A stretch of 37,995 nucleotides of DNA from a virus, in IMG/VR virus record IMGVR_UViG_3300011266_000026; one strand, 5' to 3'. Below are positions 1 to 7,462 of this stretch, piece by piece. A model generated the notes under the pieces. The model was not told where the DNA came from. It made no database searches and was given only the letters and a program-made list of their open reading frames with translations. The position numbers were made by a program, and so were the translations under genes. Numbering within the stretch: position 1 is the stretch's first letter; each line of letters starts with the position of its first letter.

Positions 1-183
1 ATTACTCCAGAAAACAAACCTGTTGTTCATGGTGCTCGGATGTTGTGTGATCAAGCTGTTGACTATTGGGATCGTATTGCTCAAGCTCATTACTGGTATC
101 TTAAACACCTTGGCAATTCAGACGTAGCCTACAAGATTAAAGATGAATTTGTTGCTAAGGGATTGAATGCACGATATTTTTGA
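1..183 (+). CDS. C-terminal end of a hypothetical protein (5' truncated by window)
   Basis: Open frame 1 ending ...KIKDEFVAKGLNARYF* at 181-183, directly before a promoter. Confidence 0.6.
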   Translation: MTPENKPVVHGARMLCDQAVDYWDRIAQAHYWYLKHLGNSDVAYKIKDEFVAKGLNARYF

Positions 184-190
184 AATCCTC

Positions 191-218
191 TTGACATAGT
201 TCAACAAATACATAGGAT
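191..218 (+). promoter_or_regulatory. sigma70-like promoter TTGACA-N16-TAGGAT, 7 nt before the ATG of the next ORF
   Basis: TTGACA 191-196, TAGGAT 213-218, ATG 226. Confidence 0.7.
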
Positions 219-225
219 TTTTATC

Positions 226-1107
226 ATGAAACGAAAATCTTTTCGGGAACAGATGGCGGCAGTGATTGAGAAGCGGTACAAGAATGACTCCGCAGACTCC
301 AAGAAGCGGTATCTTGCTGAGGCTACCACACCCGCTGCCGAAACCTTGATTATCAATATTCGCCAATGGCCTTCGCTCTACAGCAGCCGCAATCAAGCAT
401 TGGGACATCTTATTGAGTCTCATCGGTGGAATGACAAGGGAGAATTGGTGCTTGAACGTAATTTCAAAGGTCGTGCCTATCCAATGGAATTGCCGTTGCA
501 CATGGCTTATGAAAGATACCGTTTCGGTGACTTGAGACATACATATTTTCCGAGCTTCAGTTTTTCTGGAGCGTTAAAAGTCATCCCCTCACAAATTGCG
601 AAGGATTGGGAAGCTGAAGTCAAAGAACTTTTTCAGGATATTAACGGCATATCCATAAGTGCCGTTAAAATCATTGCTTTGGGAAAGGCTGTTAAATCTC
701 TTGGAGTAGGAAATCCATATACGTATGTTGAAATGGATCGGCATGTAACGGATTGGAAAAATGCTCAAACTGCCATTGATGCTTTTGCAATGAACCGCAA
801 GGGATGGGAATATCTCACTGTGGCAAGTCTTCAAGATCCTAAACCCAAACAAGAAATGTCAAAGGTGCTTGAAGACATACTTGCTAAAGCCGATGAGGTT
901 GTTGAACCTTCTTTCAAGGCTATCCGAGAGCAAAACCGCCGATTGTATATTCGTCAAGATGCTACTGGAGCACGTAATCACATTAAGTCATTGACGGGGT
1001 TTTTTAAGAAGTATGGTCAAACAGATTTGTCGGGATTGACACCAGTGACTGAATTGATAAACAGTCTTGAAAAACAATGTTTGGACGCCAAGCCAGTTAA
1101 AGCTTGA
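226..1107 (+). CDS. hypothetical protein (293 aa)
   Basis: Long ORF directly downstream of a promoter-like sequence. Confidence 0.8.
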   Translation: MKRKSFREQMAAVIEKRYKNDSADSKKRYLAEATTPAAETLIINIRQWPSLYSSRNQALGHLIESHRWNDKGELVLERNFKGRAYPMELPLHMAYERYRFGDLRHTYFPSFSFSGALKVIPSQIAKDWEAEVKELFQDINGISISAVKIIALGKAVKSLGVGNPYTYVEMDRHVTDWKNAQTAIDAFAMNRKGWEYLTVASLQDPKPKQEMSKVLEDILAKADEVVEPSFKAIREQNRRLYIRQDATGARNHIKSLTGFFKKYGQTDLSGLTPVTELINSLEKQCLDAKPVKA

Positions 1108-1131
1108 CATAAATAAACAAATCCGTAGAGT
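1104..1131 (+). promoter_or_regulatory. promoter TTGACA-N16-TAGAGT, 6 nt before ATG
   Basis: TTGACA 1104-1109, TAGAGT 1126-1131, ATG 1138. Confidence 0.7.
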
Positions 1132-1137
1132 GGAGCC

Positions 1138-1464
1138 ATGAATATACGTTTTCTTCCTAATGGTAATCTTGAAATGACTCTGGACACGGTTGAGCAAAAG
1201 GAACTTGCCGAGCGTCTTGAAATGGCAAAACTTGCTGGAACTTCTACATTTATTTTGGAGTCGGAATTCATTACCGAACATCTTTCAAATCCCATGAATA
1301 ATGGGGTGAGCTATGAGCAGGTTCGTCCCGAGGATGTTGGGGCATTGACAGATGCTCCTTTGATTTCCGATGGAACTAACGTCTATGGGTTCATGGACTA
1401 CCAAGTCAAAGACTTGTTGACAGAACTCGCCAGAGGAAATTCGGTAATCTGGCAAAAGGGTTAA
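1138..1464 (+). CDS. hypothetical protein (108 aa)
   Basis: ORF between promoter and terminator. Confidence 0.75.
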   Translation: MNIRFLPNGNLEMTLDTVEQKELAERLEMAKLAGTSTFILESEFITEHLSNPMNNGVSYEQVRPEDVGALTDAPLISDGTNVYGFMDYQVKDLLTELARGNSVIWQKG

Positions 1465-1487
1465 TTTCACCGAAAGCATTTTTAATC

Positions 1488-1516
1488 AGCCCCGGACCTC
1501 CGGGGCTTTTTTATTT
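1488..1516 (+). terminator. rho-independent terminator
   Basis: AGCCCCGG-ACCT-CCGGGGCT followed by TTTTTT. Confidence 0.9.
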
Positions 1517-1555
1517 TCACCACTATCACCGAAGTTCTGACCGGAGTTTGTCGAG

Positions 1556-1579
1556 AGTATTTACAGGATTAAAAATACT
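1556..1579 (-). repeat. 24-bp intergenic palindromic repeat, copy 1 (inverted orientation)
   Basis: AGTATTTACAGGATTAAAAATACT = reverse complement of AGTATTTTTAATCCTGTAAATACT. Confidence 0.9.
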
Positions 1580-1632
1580 TTAATCCTCCAGAACTGAGGG
1601 TTATGTTTCTATAATAAATGTTGAGAAATACC

Positions 1633-1660
1633 TTGACATTTTTATACTTTTTAAGAGAAT
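1633..1660 (+). promoter_or_regulatory. promoter TTGACA-N16-GAGAAT, 6 nt before ATG 1667
   Basis: Same spacing as the other promoters of this family; weaker -10. Confidence 0.5.
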
Positions 1661-1666
1661 TGTATT

Positions 1667-1885
1667 ATGAATTTGACCGAAACCCATTATTACAATGGAC
1701 AAGAAGCATACGAAGAAGACGTACGCCGCAGCAAGCAAACCGACCGCCCCACGTGGGAACAACTCACGCTCCAACAACAAGAGCAATGGAACTCTCGTCC
1801 ACAACCGAGAACATGGGGTGACTATTGGGAACCCGATGGTACAAAAAAATGGGGTGTCGTGGGGGTTCCTGAATATTTTGGATAA
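1667..1885 (+). CDS. hypothetical protein (72 aa)
   Basis: ORF downstream of promoter with conserved spacing. Confidence 0.6.
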   Translation: MNLTETHYYNGQEAYEEDVRRSKQTDRPTWEQLTLQQQEQWNSRPQPRTWGDYWEPDGTKKWGVVGVPEYFG

Positions 1886-1891
1886 AATCCC

Positions 1892-1919
1892 TTGACATAG
1901 TTAAACAAAATCATAGAAT
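1892..1919 (+). promoter_or_regulatory. promoter TTGACA-N16-TAGAAT, 6 nt before ATG 1926
   Basis: TTGACA 1892-1897, TAGAAT 1914-1919. Confidence 0.75.
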
Positions 1920-1925
1920 GGAACC

Positions 1926-2204
1926 ATGACAAAAGAACTCGCTGATTTTCTCAAGAAGGCAACCGAACACTGCGGTCAACAAGAAATTGATGTTCGGGAA
2001 GATTACAGTGGCCGAGGAATGATGGGTCGCACTACTCATGCCGTTGTAGTTGATAGTGTGACGGAACTCATGATGAATTGCATTCAATATATTCGTGAGG
2101 GATTAGAATTCAATTCTCCTGCTATTACCGATTTTATTCCCGATGTTTCTGACATGGGAATGCTTCGCACGGATAACATGGCTCGGCAAACGGTTCTCTA
2201 CTGA
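1926..2204 (+). CDS. hypothetical protein (92 aa)
   Basis: ORF following promoter. Confidence 0.7.
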   Translation: MTKELADFLKKATEHCGQQEIDVREDYSGRGMMGRTTHAVVVDSVTELMMNCIQYIREGLEFNSPAITDFIPDVSDMGMLRTDNMARQTVLY

Positions 2205-2205
2205 T

Positions 2206-2571
2206 ATGGAAGAATACGATGCCAGTTGGGATTTTGACGTTTTAGTGTTCATTCCGAACTCAATGACATGGGAAGAAGCTTACCAAGCAACCAAACATCT
2301 GATTGCTGCCAGCAAAATGTCCCATCTGACAAATCCGCATCATTGGGATAAAAAACATTTAAACAATCCAAACTTCTCATGGGAAGGTGGTTATATCTGG
2401 CGGCTGACAATGAATTTTCACAAACTTCCAGAAGGCTATCGGTACTTGACAGAAGGTGAAATAATTGAGAGAACAGACATTTATTGGAGTCTGACAAATT
2501 ATTGGAAACCAGCATACGCTGTTGGTTATACGTGGACACCAGAATATGCAATTTACGCCAGAAAAATATGA
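2206..2571 (+). CDS. hypothetical protein
   Basis: Internal ATG start MEEYDASW... of ORF 2143..2571, adjacent to the upstream stop. Confidence 0.65.
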   Translation: MEEYDASWDFDVLVFIPNSMTWEEAYQATKHLIAASKMSHLTNPHHWDKKHLNNPNFSWEGGYIWRLTMNFHKLPEGYRYLTEGEIIERTDIYWSLTNYWKPAYAVGYTWTPEYAIYARKI

Positions 2572-2780
2572 AACGTTTTGCTTTTCTTCAGTTATTTCCT
2601 ACACCACATCCCGATATGTACAATACATCGGGAAATAAAGTAATGGATGAACATTCTTGTTCGTCATTTCAAGAAGCAGTCATTGAATTCCGTCGTCGGT
2701 TTCCTCACCTGAACCTCAATGATAATGGATATTCTAAAGTAGGAAATTCTTCATTTTGTATTGCTGAATATTTTTGTTGA
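2568..2780 (+). CDS. hypothetical protein (MKRFAFLQLF...)
   Basis: ATGA overlap with previous gene. Confidence 0.55.
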   Translation: MKRFAFLQLFPTPHPDMYNTSGNKVMDEHSCSSFQEAVIEFRRRFPHLNLNDNGYSKVGNSSFCIAEYFC

Positions 2781-2804
2781 CATTTTTATAGAAATAGACA
2801 AGAT
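2777..2804 (+). promoter_or_regulatory. promoter TTGACA-N16-CAAGAT, 7 nt before ATG 2812
   Basis: Same geometry as other family members. Confidence 0.55.
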
Positions 2805-2811
2805 GTTAACT

Positions 2812-3000
2812 ATGAGAGCAAACCTTTATTTGCGTGAATTGGGGAGGAATGAGACCATTCAACTCGGTGATTTTCATTCCCTGAATGAGTGTGGTTTGGA
2901 AACCATTAAAAATATGGAAACTATTGGCCAGACTCCTGCTGATTTTAGTAGGGATCGAAAATTCTTTCGGCCAACGTCTATTGATGTAATTAACAAATAA
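2812..3000 (+). CDS. hypothetical protein (MRANLYLRELGRNETIQL...)
   Basis: Internal ATG of ORF 2761..3000 chosen from promoter spacing. Confidence 0.55.
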   Translation: MRANLYLRELGRNETIQLGDFHSLNECGLETIKNMETIGQTPADFSRDRKFFRPTSIDVINK

Positions 3001-3005
3001 GGACT

Positions 3006-3428
3006 ATGAAAAAAGCAATTAAGTCAACACAACAGGAATTTGAAAGTTCTTCAGGAAGGACTCCTGAATATCTTGCATGGCACCGTCTCTTCAAAAGGGA
3101 ATTTAGCAAATTCCTCACCGAATACGGAGCTACTGACATTCAAATTGGAAAACCCAATCACTTTAATATGAGTGGGTTTTTTACTGTGAATGGACAAGCA
3201 TGGTACTTTTCTATCAGCGATATTCGCTGGAGTAAGGACAAAATGCTTATTCGCACAGCAAAAAGTTACAAGGACTATACTGGCGGAATGAACCAGTACG
3301 CTTCTCTTTGTTCCGAGGAAGCTTTCACCGATGCTTTCAAGAGGATTGTGAAACGTGGAGACTTTCCCAGTTCTGGGAACCTCGTGACTGACATTAATAA
3401 CGCTCAGTTGCGCTACGCAACGACGTAA
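3006..3428 (+). CDS. hypothetical protein (140 aa)
   Basis: ORF followed by terminator. Confidence 0.75.
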   Translation: MKKAIKSTQQEFESSSGRTPEYLAWHRLFKREFSKFLTEYGATDIQIGKPNHFNMSGFFTVNGQAWYFSISDIRWSKDKMLIRTAKSYKDYTGGMNQYASLCSEEAFTDAFKRIVKRGDFPSSGNLVTDINNAQLRYATT

Positions 3429-3449
3429 TTTCACCGAAGCTATTTACAG

Positions 3450-3480
3450 TCCCCGGATAACCTCCGGGGATTTTTTATTT
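3450..3480 (+). terminator. rho-independent terminator
   Basis: TCCCCGG-ATAACC-(T)CCGGGGA followed by TTTTTT. Confidence 0.85.
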
Positions 3481-3520
3481 TTCACCGACCTTCACCGATC
3501 TAGCTGCATCTCCAGCATTG

Positions 3521-3544
3521 AGTATTTTGAGTCCTGTAAATACT
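3521..3544 (+). repeat. 24-bp intergenic palindromic repeat, copy 2
   Basis: AGTATTTTGAGTCCTGTAAATACT. Confidence 0.9.
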
Positions 3545-3620
3545 TCTCGATGATCCCGTCCGGGACAAAAACAAGGTACCAAAAAGATTTTTATACTTTT
3601 CTATTGCATTTTTTTATAGA

Positions 3621-4253
3621 ATGGCTAAAGTGTTAACTGTCGGAAGCAAACACGCTCCGAATAAAACGACAAGTCAAATGAACAAAACAATCGTATCAAT
3701 TCAGAGTCACCTTGAAATGGTAGGGTTTATCAAATCCAATGGTACCCAATGCCGTTTCGTTTCCATGGTTTCGGAAACTGAACCGAAACTGAAAAAGTCA
3801 TGTCCTTTCGTTGGCGTGAAGAAAATCAGTCGCAAGCGTGGCATGATTAACGCCAATTACAATACGGCAGTTCGCAAGCGTATTGCTGAACGTCTCGGGG
3901 TTGACTTCAAAGAAGTTGAATATCAAAACGGTGACGTGTGGTATATGCACCTGAACACAACTGACGGGAAAGCTCTCCCGTTGTGTGTCAACAAGAAAAC
4001 CCCCGATAACGGCGAATACTATCTGCAATTTTATCCGACTCACAGCGAGGACGTTTATCAGCTTCCCAACGGCGAAATCGTTCAGGAGTCGCAACTTGAG
4101 CCGTATTTTTACGCTCGTTCCGCTCGCTCCGAATTCAAACCTGTGGTTATCAGTCTCAAGGTTTCCAATATCAAAGAACTGCGAGCCTCGGGAGTCATCA
4201 TGCAAGCTGAAGACTTGGCAGATGCTGAAGCGGCCTTGGCAACCATTCAATAA
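3621..4253 (+). CDS. hypothetical protein (210 aa)
   Basis: Long ORF with basic, phage-like composition. Confidence 0.75.
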   Translation: MAKVLTVGSKHAPNKTTSQMNKTIVSIQSHLEMVGFIKSNGTQCRFVSMVSETEPKLKKSCPFVGVKKISRKRGMINANYNTAVRKRIAERLGVDFKEVEYQNGDVWYMHLNTTDGKALPLCVNKKTPDNGEYYLQFYPTHSEDVYQLPNGEIVQESQLEPYFYARSARSEFKPVVISLKVSNIKELRASGVIMQAEDLADAEAALATIQ

Positions 4254-4271
4254 CTTCAACCATTCTTTCTT

Positions 4272-4499
4272 ATGATGGCGACACAATTTAAATTACCAAC
4301 TTCAACCATGTGCATTGTTGTTTGGTACCGTAACAACAAACGGAATGAAGTATTGATGCCAACTCCCCAATCAAATAGGGGATTGGCTGAAATAATGTTT
4401 TCAAAACATCATGTCGGCCCCTCCGAAATTCGTGCAGTTAAGTCCGTAGATGCACAAGATTTGAAATTGCACGTGGCTGCGAATTTTGGTCGCCGCTAA
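4272..4499 (+). CDS. hypothetical protein (75 aa)
   Basis: ORF upstream of a terminator. Confidence 0.45.
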   Translation: MMATQFKLPTSTMCIVVWYRNNKRNEVLMPTPQSNRGLAEIMFSKHHVGPSEIRAVKSVDAQDLKLHVAANFGRR

Positions 4500-4543
4500 T
4501 GCGGCACTTGTCGCACGCTAAGGACTGTTCACCTTAGCAATCT

Positions 4544-4585
4544 AATCCCTTGGAACTCAATTGTTTCAAGGGATTTTGTTTTATG
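4544..4585 (+). terminator. probable terminator
   Basis: AATCCCTTG ... CAAGGGATT followed by TTGTTTT. Confidence 0.7.
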
Positions 4586-4604
4586 ACTTTTTACTTGAAC
4601 AGGG

Positions 4605-4628
4605 AGTATTTTGAGTCCTGTAAATACT
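4605..4628 (+). repeat. 24-bp intergenic palindromic repeat, copy 3
   Basis: AGTATTTTGAGTCCTGTAAATACT, identical to copy 2. Confidence 0.9.
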
Positions 4629-4688
4629 TGGTGGATCGGATGAGATCTATAATTCGGCATACAAGTAAAAAGAAAAATAAAAAAACTG

Positions 4689-4716
4689 TTGACTTCAGGT
4701 CATATCTCTATATGAT
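4689..4716 (+). promoter_or_regulatory. promoter TTGACT-N16-TATGAT, 5 nt before ATG 4722
   Basis: TTGACT 4689-4694, TATGAT 4711-4716. Confidence 0.65.
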
Positions 4717-4721
4717 GACCC

Positions 4722-4802
4722 ATGTCTAAATTGACGTGTCAAATTGCTGGCACTGATAAGAAGACTCCCGCACTTGGAAAAGGTGCTGTCGGCAACATAT
4801 AG
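4722..4802 (+). CDS. small ORF MSKLTCQIAGTDKKTPALGKGAVGNI (26 aa)
   Basis: Starts 5 nt after the promoter -10 and ends 6 nt before the next ATG. Confidence 0.4.
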   Translation: MSKLTCQIAGTDKKTPALGKGAVGNI

Positions 4803-4808
4803 CTAAAC

Positions 4809-5897
4809 ATGTCTGGAATTCTTCTTACCCAAGCCCATAATCAATGGGCAACTCGTCCTCAAGATCAACGTTTTCAATCCCTTGATGACCTGTACACCTC
4901 CGTTAACAGTCGTCGTATGCGTGCTCGCACTGCGGACATTCCCCTGAAAAATGTCAGTGCGATTGAAAGCAATGGAAAGCTGCTTCTTAATCATGGCATT
5001 AAAGAAGTCGCACCTTCTCACTGGTCATTTACTCAACTTTCTTCGTGGATTGCTGCACCAGCAGATTATCTCCGTCGTTTACCAGTTGACTTGGCAGTGA
5101 AAAATATCAATCACGGCATTCAAGCGTCGGAACACAATGAATTGAAATTCATGACTGTTATTTCGCAGGATGACACTCAACACAATACGCTTCAGGCTTT
5201 GACCAGTACGACGTACGGTCGCATTTGGGATGCTGATGTTGTCACTTGTGCCAAGCGTATCGTTGAGCGCACTGGTGGCCGTTTCTACAATCCCAAAGCT
5301 TATGACCCGCATAAAGGTGGGGTGGTTCCTTCGGGATTGTATGCGTCAGACCGTGACGTTTTCATTTTCATGATTGATGGCGGTTCACTCTTGGATGCTG
5401 GTCCTCGTGCTCAACTGAACCGTGGCTTTTTTCTTTTCAATTCAGAAGTTGGTCGTCGCAAATTCGGATTGATTACTTTCTTATTCAATACGGTTTGCGG
5501 AAATCATTTCGTGTGGGGTGCTCAGAACATTCATGAAATCAGCATTCGGCACACTTCCGGCGGTCCTACTCGCTTTGACTCGGAAGCAATGCCCGCTCTT
5601 GAAGCTTACGTTAATGCCTCGGCAAAAACGGAAGTGGACAAAATCAAAAAGGCGCAAGATTATCTCTTGCCATTCACAACTGATGATGAAATCGTCAAGT
5701 GGCTTCAATCTCGCAAGTTTACCAAAACGGAAGCAACCGAGTCTCTCGCATTCGCCAAGCGGGAAGAGGGTGAATGCAGAACGCTCTGGCAAGCTATTCA
5801 GGGTGTCACCGCATACGCCCGTGGATTTGATTTTGTGGACGCTCGGGTTGAATTGGAAACCAAGGGCGGAAAATTGATGGAAATTATCGGAGCTTAA
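4809..5897 (+). CDS. DUF932-like phage/plasmid protein (362 aa)
   Basis: Overall resemblance to DUF932 family (conserved N-terminal region, ...GGRFYNPKAYDPHKGG..., central NTVCGNHFVWG). Confidence 0.6.
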   Translation: MSGILLTQAHNQWATRPQDQRFQSLDDLYTSVNSRRMRARTADIPLKNVSAIESNGKLLLNHGIKEVAPSHWSFTQLSSWIAAPADYLRRLPVDLAVKNINHGIQASEHNELKFMTVISQDDTQHNTLQALTSTTYGRIWDADVVTCAKRIVERTGGRFYNPKAYDPHKGGVVPSGLYASDRDVFIFMIDGGSLLDAGPRAQLNRGFFLFNSEVGRRKFGLITFLFNTVCGNHFVWGAQNIHEISIRHTSGGPTRFDSEAMPALEAYVNASAKTEVDKIKKAQDYLLPFTTDDEIVKWLQSRKFTKTEATESLAFAKREEGECRTLWQAIQGVTAYARGFDFVDARVELETKGGKLMEIIGA

Positions 5898-5924
5898 ACG
5901 GTTCCTCCCTCTGATAAAATCCAG

Positions 5925-5956
5925 TCCCCTCGGTGAAAGCCGAGGGGATTTTTTAT
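5925..5956 (+). terminator. rho-independent terminator
   Basis: TCCCCTCGG-TGAAAG-CCGAGGGGA followed by TTTTTT. Confidence 0.9.
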
Positions 5957-5993
5957 TATTCTCACCGATCTTTTTCTCTTTCAACGAGTTCCG

Positions 5994-6017
5994 AGTATTT
6001 TTAATCCTGTAAATACT
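5994..6017 (+). repeat. 24-bp intergenic palindromic repeat, copy 4
   Basis: AGTATTTTTAATCCTGTAAATACT. Confidence 0.9.
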
Positions 6018-6065
6018 CATATAAAGATCAGTCAGATCACTTCATTGATCACTATAAAATACATC

Positions 6066-6093
6066 TTGACAAATTGTCTTGGATATAAAAAAT
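6066..6093 (+). promoter_or_regulatory. candidate promoter TTGACA-N16-AAAAAT, 6 nt before ATG 6100
   Basis: Weak -10 but the same spacing as the other members. Confidence 0.4.
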
Positions 6094-6099
6094 GTCTTC

Positions 6100-6582
6100 A
6101 TGCGTTTTTATAGGATTGAAAACTCAGAAAAGAAGGGTTGTTATGCAGGTCTTGGCAAACGAATACTTAATACGGTTGCCACAGTAGAGCATCCAATGCC
6201 GTTTGAAGACTCATTACTTGCACGGGGTCTAATTCGTAAAAACATTTCCGAAACGTTTGATGGTCGCGTCAGATTTGGATTTACGACTATCAAGCAATTT
6301 CGTTCATGGTTCTATGATGATGCAGACATTCGAGTACTTATGGACAACAAGTTTGTTCTTAATGTCTATGATGTTCCCTCAGTAATCAAAGGAAATGCTC
6401 AAGCGGTTATCTTGGCTAAATTTCATACTTCCGACCGTTTAAAGAAAACCATTCCTCTTTGTACATTCCTCTTGACGACAACCTCAAAAATTGTTACGAA
6501 TTCAGAGTGTGATGAACTGCGTTCAGTGTCGGCAAAACAGCCGTGTGGAGCTTTGACATTAACGTCCGAACAACTCGGGTGA
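6100..6582 (+). CDS. hypothetical protein
   Basis: Internal ATG (MRFYRIENSEKKG...) of ORF 6079..6582. Confidence 0.65.
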   Translation: MRFYRIENSEKKGCYAGLGKRILNTVATVEHPMPFEDSLLARGLIRKNISETFDGRVRFGFTTIKQFRSWFYDDADIRVLMDNKFVLNVYDVPSVIKGNAQAVILAKFHTSDRLKKTIPLCTFLLTTTSKIVTNSECDELRSVSAKQPCGALTLTSEQLG

Positions 6583-6610
6583 GAGAATTCACAAGTTATT
6601 CACAACTCTA

Positions 6611-6645
6611 ACCCCTTCAAGCCGTGTGGTTTGAAGGGTTTTTTC
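6611..6645 (+). terminator. rho-independent terminator
   Basis: CCCTTCAA...TTGAAGGG followed by TTTTTT. Confidence 0.85.
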
Positions 6646-6649
6646 ATTT

Positions 6650-7198
6650 TTATCCCACATACCGATTTTTCTTTCTCAGATTGTCAATTTTCAGCTTGGG
6701 CTGAAGATTTGTTAAAGCCCAACATTCTTTAAATTTGGGGTCATCTGTAGAATTATATTTGAACCATGACTTAGGAATAATGTGATCCACATGCCAAACA
6801 GTTCCATAGTTATCCCAAGTAATCCCATCGGTAAACTGTTGTTCAAGATGATGAATTAAATCTTCAACAGTATATCCAACCAAGGTTTCCCATGACCTTC
6901 CAGCTTTCTTTGCTTTTAGTGCATGGTGCATGTTTCCCCGAATGTTATTGCTTAAACGATATAATGGGTCTTTCATTTTTTGTTGGTCCCATGTTCGTTT
7001 CCATAGCTTTTGTTTTTCTTTGTTAGCATCAGCATATTTCTTTCGGGCAAGCTTTCCATTGTCAGTCTTTCTATAATTCATAGTCCGAATTGTATAACAT
7101 ACTTTGCATTCAGACATCTTATTATACTTTCCTTGTGATTTGTTGTAAAACTCTTCCAAGTCCTTTTCTTGCTTACATTTGCTACATATCTTATTCAT
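6650..7198 (-). CDS. HNH endonuclease (free-standing, homing-type)
   Basis: CxxC zinc ribbon at N-terminus, WHVDHIIPKSWF and LTNLQP motifs. Confidence 0.88.
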   Translation of the reverse strand: MNKICSKCKQEKDLEEFYNKSQGKYNKMSECKVCYTIRTMNYRKTDNGKLARKKYADANKEKQKLWKRTWDQQKMKDPLYRLSNNIRGNMHHALKAKKAGRSWETLVGYTVEDLIHHLEQQFTDGITWDNYGTVWHVDHIIPKSWFKYNSTDDPKFKECWALTNLQPKLKIDNLRKKNRYVG

Positions 7199-7240
7199 TG
7201 TAAATCCTTTCTACTACATAAATATAGAAAGGATTTACAA
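7198..7240. promoter_or_regulatory. perfect 16-bp inverted repeat over the RBS of the HNH gene
   Basis: TTGTAAATCCTTTCTA / TAGAAAGGATTTACAA with an 11-nt spacer. On the minus strand the 3' arm holds AAAGGA and runs up to the A of the ATG. Confidence 0.85.
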
Positions 7241-7259
7241 AACTACTTCTTTCACCGAA

Positions 7260-7283
7260 TGTATTTTTAATCCTGTAAATACT
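7260..7283 (+). repeat. 24-bp intergenic palindromic repeat, copy 5 (1 nt variant)
   Basis: TGTATTTTTAATCCTGTAAATACT. Confidence 0.85.
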
Positions 7284-7462
7284 TCATTGATCCAGAGATC
7301 ATGACTCAAAAATCATGTTGTTTCACCGAGTCTATTTACAGGAACATCCCCTCGGCACTTTTTTGATATAAATACCTCATTTTCAACACCTTAAAATAAT
7401 TTCAACATTTTTATATTTTTCCCTTGCATGTTCCTGTAATTACTTTAAAGTTTTGCCAAGAT

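Noticed and set aside
118-540. Minus-strand ORF opposite the 226..1107 gene
   Set aside because: Fully antisense to a better-supported promoter-linked gene; no recognisable motif.
3051-3434. Minus-strand ORF of 127 aa
   Set aside because: Antisense to 3006..3428 with no independent signals.
3798-4286. Minus-strand ORF of 162 aa
   Set aside because: Shadow ORF opposite 3621..4253, low-plausibility composition.
4722-4802. Calling the 26-aa ORF a ribosomal protein L28 fragment
   Set aside because: The similarity is only a few residues and cannot be supported without a profile search.
5481-6020. Minus-strand ORF of 179 aa
   Set aside because: Runs through a strong terminator, a palindromic repeat and the antisense of the DUF932-like gene.
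1556-7283. CRISPR array interpretation of the regularly placed repeats
   Set aside because: Copies are 1-2 kb apart with genes between them, not separated by short spacers; no cas genes seen.
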